NCBI RefSeq assembly: GCF_001194135.2
Contig: NC_068981.1
Location: 189,528,511-189,592,432, forward strand
Source of the DNA: Octopus bimaculoides
Taxonomy: Eukaryota
Direction of reading: 5' to 3'
Length of the DNA stretch: 63,922 nt
Part shown: positions 58,507 to 63,922 of the stretch, piece by piece
How positions within the stretch are numbered: position 1 is the stretch's first letter
How the letters are laid out: each line of letters begins with the position of its first letter
The notes under the pieces: model-generated
The model's input: the letters and a program-made list of their open reading frames with translations, nothing else
The model's database searches: none
Told to the model about the DNA's origin: nothing
Made by a program: the position numbers and the translations under genes

Positions 58507-58952
58507 CGACGATGATGATGATGATGTTGATGACGATGCTGGTGATGATGGTGTGTCTGCTTCATTTGATTCTTCTGCATTTGTTGCTGTTGCTGCTGCT
58601 GTTGCTAATGGCAATGAGGATGATGACAATAGTAATGATGATGATGGTGATGATCACGATGATGACAACGATGATGATGATGATGAAGATAATGATAATT
58701 GCGCTGCTGCTGCTGCTGATGGTGATGATGATGCTGATAACAATGATAGTGAATATGAAATTGGTGATTATAATGTCAATGATGACGATGATGATGTTAA
58801 CAATCAACAACAGCGTTGGTGGCGGCGACAGTGGTGATGACAAAGATGAAGATAACAACCCTCAAGATCATGATTAAAGCGGCGGTGGTGGTTGCGGTCG
58901 TGATAAAGATGATGATGATGATGATGACACTGATGACAACAATGATGATGAT
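58412..58952. repeat. Long (GAT/GAC/GCT)n trinucleotide expansion
   Basis: Directly visible. Source of the poly-D, poly-M and poly-H ORFs. Confidence 0.95.
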
Positions 58953-58974
58953 GCTGATTTGATATCATGTGAAT

Positions 58975-59014
58975 GTCTGTGTGTGTGTGTGCGTGTGTGT
59001 GTGTGACTGTGTGA

Positions 59015-59091
<77 letters not shown>

Positions 59092-59095
59092 TGTT
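58975..59095. repeat. (TG)n microsatellite
   Basis: Directly visible. Confidence 0.97.
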
Positions 59096-59210
59096 TATTC
59101 ATTGGTTTAATCTGTAATATCAGATGAAACATAATCCAATTTCTAACCAATACCCCTGTTACAGATCGATGAGAAACTTGTCATTAATGTTCTCCCATTT
59201 TTACCACACA

Positions 59211-59486
59211 TACGAGGACTGATCAATAAGTATCCAGATTGTTGCCATAGTAACAAAGCCAAGGCACAGATTGACCTTGGACTCTGCTGTGCATGCACAC
59301 AAAGTTTTAACATTCTAGCTCACTTCCGCTATTTACAGCAGTGCTTGGAAGGAAGGTGTGTAGCGCATTAACCATAACAGAAAAAGTTGTCATGGCGATA
59401 CTTGATCAGAGTCCTACTCAAAGTTGCAGAAAGTGTATGGAGAGGAGTGTATGAGCTGCACATGAGTGCACGAGTGGTCCAGACGT
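59211..59486 (+). mobile_element. Mariner 5' end relic (TIR and HTH codons)
   Basis: TACGAGGACTGATCAATAAGTATCC terminus. YSKLQKVYGEECMS.T*VHEWSRR resembles the mariner N-terminus. Confidence 0.75.
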
Positions 59487-59514
59487 ATGTGTGTATGTAT
59501 GTATGCATGTATGC

Positions 59515-59700
59515 ATGTATTTGTGTGCCTGTGTTTGTCCCCTTACCATCGCTTAACAACTAATGGTCGTGTGTCTATGTCCCCGTAACTTAGCGGTTTG
59601 GAAAATGAGACTGATAGAATAAGTATTAGGTTTATACAGAATAAGTCCTGGGGTCAATTTGTTTGACTAAAGGTGGTGCCCCAGCATGGCCACAATCAAT
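59515..59700 (+). mobile_element. CORE SINE 3' half
   Basis: GATAGAATAAGTATTAGG...GGTGCCCCAGCATGGCCAC. Confidence 0.8.
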
Positions 59701-60008
59701 GATGATGTGGGTTCCAGTTGATCCGACCAATGGAGCAGTCTGCTGGTGAAATTAACGTGCAAGTGGCTGAGCACTCCACAGACACTTGTACCCTTAACGT
59801 AGTTCTCGGGGAGATTCAGGGTGACACGGAGCATCACAAGTCTGGTCCTTTGAAATACAGATACTACTCATTTTTGCCAGCTGAGTGAACTGGAGCAATG
59901 TGAAATAAAGTATCTTGCTCAAGAACACAGTACATCACCAGAAATTGAACTCACAACCTTATCTTCATGAGCCGAATGTCTTAACCATTAAGCCACGTGC
60001 CTTCACTT
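59700..60008 (-). mobile_element. Group C2 SINE
   Basis: Shared body plus CORE-bearing head ending CCACGTGCCTTCAC. Confidence 0.85.
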
Positions 60009-60094
60009 AGAGTGCATATTGCCCGATCATTGGGCAATAAACTGCACTTGTGAAGATTTATTGATTCAAGTGAAGTGATTGTCGTGGCCGAAGA

Positions 60095-60420
60095 CAGTAC
60101 TTGAAATTAATGTGCAAGTGGCTGAGCACTCCACAGACACACGTACCTTTAACATAGTTCTTGGGGGGATTCAGTGTGACACAGTTTGGGACAAGGCTAG
60201 CCCCTTTGAAATACAGGTAGAACAGAAACAGGAAGAAAGAGTGGGAGAAAGTTGTGGTGAAAGAGTACAGCATGGTTTGCCACCGTGCCCTGCTGGAGCC
60301 TCGTGGAGCTTTAGGTGTTTTCGTTCAATAAAAACTCACATTGCCCGGTCTGGGAATCGAAATCACGATCCCACGACTGTGAGTCCACTGCCCTAACCAC
60401 TGGGTCATTGTGCCTCCACA
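60095..60420 (-). mobile_element. Group C1 SINE (CpG-decayed)
   Basis: Head ...CCACTGGGTCATTGTGCCTCCAC plus shared body. Confidence 0.85.
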
Positions 60421-60566
60421 TAAAACATAATAGTAGTTACTGGTTGCATTGTCGAAGAGAAAAACTGCAGACTCATTGATTGTCCACTCATGTTGCTTTA
60501 TAAACACAATTGCATTGCTTTACATCTCTGCATTGACTGTTATAATGTTTTTCAATACTCTTTCCC

Positions 60567-60930
60567 TTGTTTCAGTCATTTGACAGCGGCCATGCTTGGG
60601 CACCGCCTTTAGTTGAGCAAATCGACCCCAGGACTTATTCATTGTAAGCCCAGTACTTATTTTATCAGTTGCTTTTGCCAAACCACTAGATTACGGTGAT
60701 GCAAACACACCAATATCAGTTGTTAAGCGATGGCGGGGGGACAAATACAGACACATACACACATACAGACATATACGACAGGCTTCTTTCAGTTTCCATC
60801 TACCAAATCCACTCACAAGGCTTTGGTCGTCCCGGGGCTATAGTAGAAGACACTTGCCCAAGGTGCCATGCATTGGGACTGAACCCGGAACCATGTGGTT
60901 GGTAAGCAAGCTACTTACCACACAGCCACT
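60567..60930 (-). mobile_element. Full-length CORE SINE
   Basis: Both modules with a short internal microsatellite. Confidence 0.88.
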
Positions 60931-60974
60931 TAGAATATCATTTATTGAGCAGGATATAAACAGCATCCACAGTC

Positions 60975-61300
60975 ATCAAATGCATTTTACTTGGATGTTT
61001 GAGATAATGTGCTGCAGGCAAACACTGAAAATCAACTGAGGGAGCAGGGACCCTCAAACAAACAATTTAATTTTGGAGGAAAAGGGAGCAGAACTGAAGC
61101 TGGTAATGATGGTCAGACTGTAAGATATGAGATATTTTGGTTACGTTATCAGGGTCCAGAGCTTCTGTGGTCCCGTCCTTGGGGATATAAGTGGACAGGA
61201 AACAGACTGTGGGCAACAAAGATTAAGGTGGAGTGATGATATCACGAACTGTAAAGGAGGACCCTGATGGATCGCATGGCTGCAGCACTAGAGTGCAGTA
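60975..61300 (+). pseudogene. RTE-BovB-like LINE C-terminal relic
   Basis: MRYFGYVIR...LGDISG...GQQRLRWSDDITN resembles LKYFGH.MR...LG.IEG.R.RGRQRMRW.D.IT. Confidence 0.7.
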
Positions 61301-62171
61301 TGTGGTTAGGACTGGTGCTCCTGCTTGAGGACACTGACCTTAAGACATAGGGATGGAGATATTTCTTCCTTCATTCCTTCCTTCTTTCTTTCCTCCTTTC
61401 TTCTTTTCTTCCTGCTTTCCTTCTATCATTCATTTGTCGACTCATATAACATTCAAATTAGCAAGACGAGTTTGTGCAAGTTTGCATGTAGCTTTTAAAG
61501 TGCTTCTAGATAAATGCATACATGTCTATATGTAGGCATGTGTTTGGTAGAAAACATAATGGTAAGGAAAAAAAAATGAGACTAACGCAGCTAAATCAAA
61601 AATGAATATCTAAAATAACATCAATTTGGTTAATCACATCTAAACTACGCATGATAGAGATACATCTTAGATACTCTATGATATCACTGTTTGAAAACTA
61701 TATCCAAATTAGAATCCATGTAGAGGATAATAATTACAAGGAATCCATTCCGTTGATAAGAGCAATGAAGAGATTTTGTATTAAGTCTTGTCAATAAACT
61801 TTATGTAATTTCATTTACAAAGTAACTAAATCTGTAACGCTTTTAAAATAGATCAGTTTGTTGCATAAACAGATATTAAACTGGCCATTTACTGTGCACT
61901 GGCAGTGGTTATTGTGATTAATCGTATCGTTAGTGATTGTAGCTGTGGCAGCTATGATAGTCATAATAATGAGGTGATGAGAGCAATTACATGGATATTA
62001 CATGGATATCAACGTCAACTTTATTCAATAACATGCAACAGTAGAAATAGCAACATTAAATTAATATCAATTTTCTCGTGGAGCTTTGGTTGAGAAATAT
62101 TTTCCTTGATTTCTGTTAAGGCTATCTCTACTCTGGCAGCTTTCATAATGATCTCATACCATATGTTCACC

Positions 62172-62685
62172 TCATCATTATCATCATCATCGTTTAATGT
62201 CTGTTTTCCATGCTGGCATGGGTTGGACGGTTTGACTGGGGTCTGGGAAGCCAGGAGGCTGCACCAGGCTCCAGTCTGATCTGGCAGTGTTTCTACAGCT
62301 GGATGCCCTTCCTAACGCCAAACACTCCGAGATTGTAGTGGGTGCTTTTTATGTGCCACTGGCACAGGGGCCAGAGGAGGCTGGCAACGACCATGATCGG
62401 TTGGTGCTTTTTATGTGCCACCGGCACGGAGGCCAGTCAAGGCGGTGCTGGCATGGGGATCACCACTACAATATCCATTTGATTTTCATTTTGATGTACT
62501 TAACTCAAGGTCTCCTCAAGCCCAGCATATCACCCTACGATCCAAGGTACTTTTGAGTGGGCTGTGGCCGGTTATGCGACACTGGGGTAGGTTACAGCTG
62601 TGAACTCACTTTATTTGCCGAGTCTTCTCAATCACAGCATATCTCCAGAGGTCTCGGTCTTTCGTCATTGCCTCTGTGAGGCTCA
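62172..62685 (-). mobile_element. RTE LINE 3' end
   Basis: SLTEAMTKDRDLWRYAVIEKTRQIK* followed by a UTR with two repeat units and a (GAT)n tail. Confidence 0.88.
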
Positions 62686-63003
62686 TTGCCCATCCTTCAT
62701 AAATGTATAGTAGTATCTACCAATATTGGTGTTGACTCCTTTCTTTTATATCCTGCTCATTACTTCTGAACAGAAGCCACTCTTTAAAATGTCTTGCCCT
62801 CAGCCCTTCCGTTTTAGATGATGGCCGTCAGTAAATATATAAATAATGATCATTTTTAGTGCTGTCTTTGTTTCCTGTAATGTAGAGTCATGCGTAAGGG
62901 CAAAGCATCTGCCTCACGCTCACTACCAACAGATGGATAACTTCTCTCATAGACTTGTATTCATTTAGGCAACAAACTGATAGAATTGTTAGAATCTCAG
63001 ACA

Positions 63004-63041
<38 letters not shown>

Positions 63042-63061
63042 CATCATCGTCGTCATCTAAC

Positions 63062-63319
63062 TTCCATCTATTCCTAAAAATGAAAAAAGCCCTGGCTGGT
63101 CGCCATTTTGCCAGTGACCATGACATCATCATAGACGCTGTAGGAAGTTTCTTGGAGTCTCAAACAAAAGAGTTCTTCTACGCTGGGGTAATGCCACTTC
63201 AGCACCGCTGGAGGAATTGTTCAGCCATCGAGGGGCCCTATGTTGAAAAATAAATCATCAGAAGTCTTGTACCGTGTTTTGTTTTTTTGAGGCTCAAGAT
63301 TTTTCATACACCCCTCGTA
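63062..63319 (+). mobile_element. Mariner 3' end (63 open codons and right TIR)
   Basis: FHLFLKMKKALAGRHFASDHDII.DAVGSFLESQTKEFFYAGVMPLQHRWRNCSAIEGPYVEK*. Terminus CACCCCTCGTA. Confidence 0.85.
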
Positions 63320-63397
63320 TATCAAACTAGAAACGAAAGTTCCTTTAATGATTAACACTGAAAATTAGGAAAAACGCTGAAAAATATACAGTAATAC

Positions 63398-63542
63398 ATA
63401 GGTGCAGGCATGGCTGTGTGGTAAGAAGCTTGTTTCCCAACCACATGGTTCTGGGTTCAGTTCCACAGCATGACACCTTAGACAAGTGTCTTCTGCTATA
63501 GACTCGGACCAACAAAAGCTTTGTGAGTGGATTTGATAGACA
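63398..63542 (+). mobile_element. CORE SINE 5' half
   Basis: ATAGGTGCAGGCATGGCTGTGTGG...GGGTTCAGTTCC...CTTAGACAAGTGTCTTCTGCTATAG. Confidence 0.85.
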
Positions 63543-63922
63543 TGTATATATATTGTACCATCCATCTTTTTTNNNNNNNNNNNNNNNNNNNNNNNNNNNN
63601 NNNNNNNNNNNNNNNNNNNNNNNNNNNNNNNNNNNNNNNNNNNNNNNNNNNNNNNNNNNNNNNNNNNNNNNNCCACGGTACCAGACGAACCAATGGCTCG
63701 TACTGAGACGCAGTTTAGGGCATCTATGTCAAATTCTCTTATACACTCGATGTGCCATCAAAACTCTTGATTGGACCATGTCAGGTGGGGGAGAAGAGCC
63801 ATGCAAGGAACGTGAAAATCACGGTGGTGCACCAGCATGACCGCAGCCACTTGGATGAAACACATAAATAAATAAATAAATAAATAAATATATATATATA
63901 TATATACATTGTATACATACAT

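Noticed and set aside
58376-58877. Poly-Asp, poly-Met and poly-His ORFs resembling acidic biomineral proteins
   Set aside because: They are pure trinucleotide expansion, open in several frames on both strands, with no signal peptide or convincing splice context.
59211-63319. A single 4-kb mariner with nested insertions
   Set aside because: The left and right TIRs match only in the first 7 nt (TACGAGG), so they are probably different families.

Overview
AT-rich eukaryotic genomic DNA, almost certainly octopus. This is inferred from the dense (TA)n/(CA)n/(GAT)n/(TAA)n microsatellites, the tRNA-derived SINE families and an Illumina-type assembly with many N gaps. The window is mostly intronic or intergenic and largely made of transposon relics: three tRNA-headed SINE groups, RTE, CR1-like and R4/Dong LINE fragments, a decayed Ty3/gypsy pol, mariner and hAT relics, MITEs, tandem Helitron-like units and Penelope-like termini. 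The only well-supported host coding sequence is a + strand signal-peptide exon at 25198-25320, with a candidate second exon at 25921-25958. An orphan spliced exon lies at 3107-3220. Nearly all ORFs in the supplied track are microsatellite or N-gap artefacts. The most notable observation is a dispersed set of nine minimal type-I hammerhead-ribozyme-like motifs in several sequence-unrelated elements. All have a palindromic or near-palindromic stem III. Five share a non-canonical A10.1-purine11.1 closure, three have U4C and three have A6-pyrimidine. Other observations are long fold-back palindromes beside these elements, SINE tail switching between CR1 and RTE partners, and a CpG-decay gradient that suggests gene-body methylation in the right half. 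All alignments and folds were done by eye, and no database searches were run.
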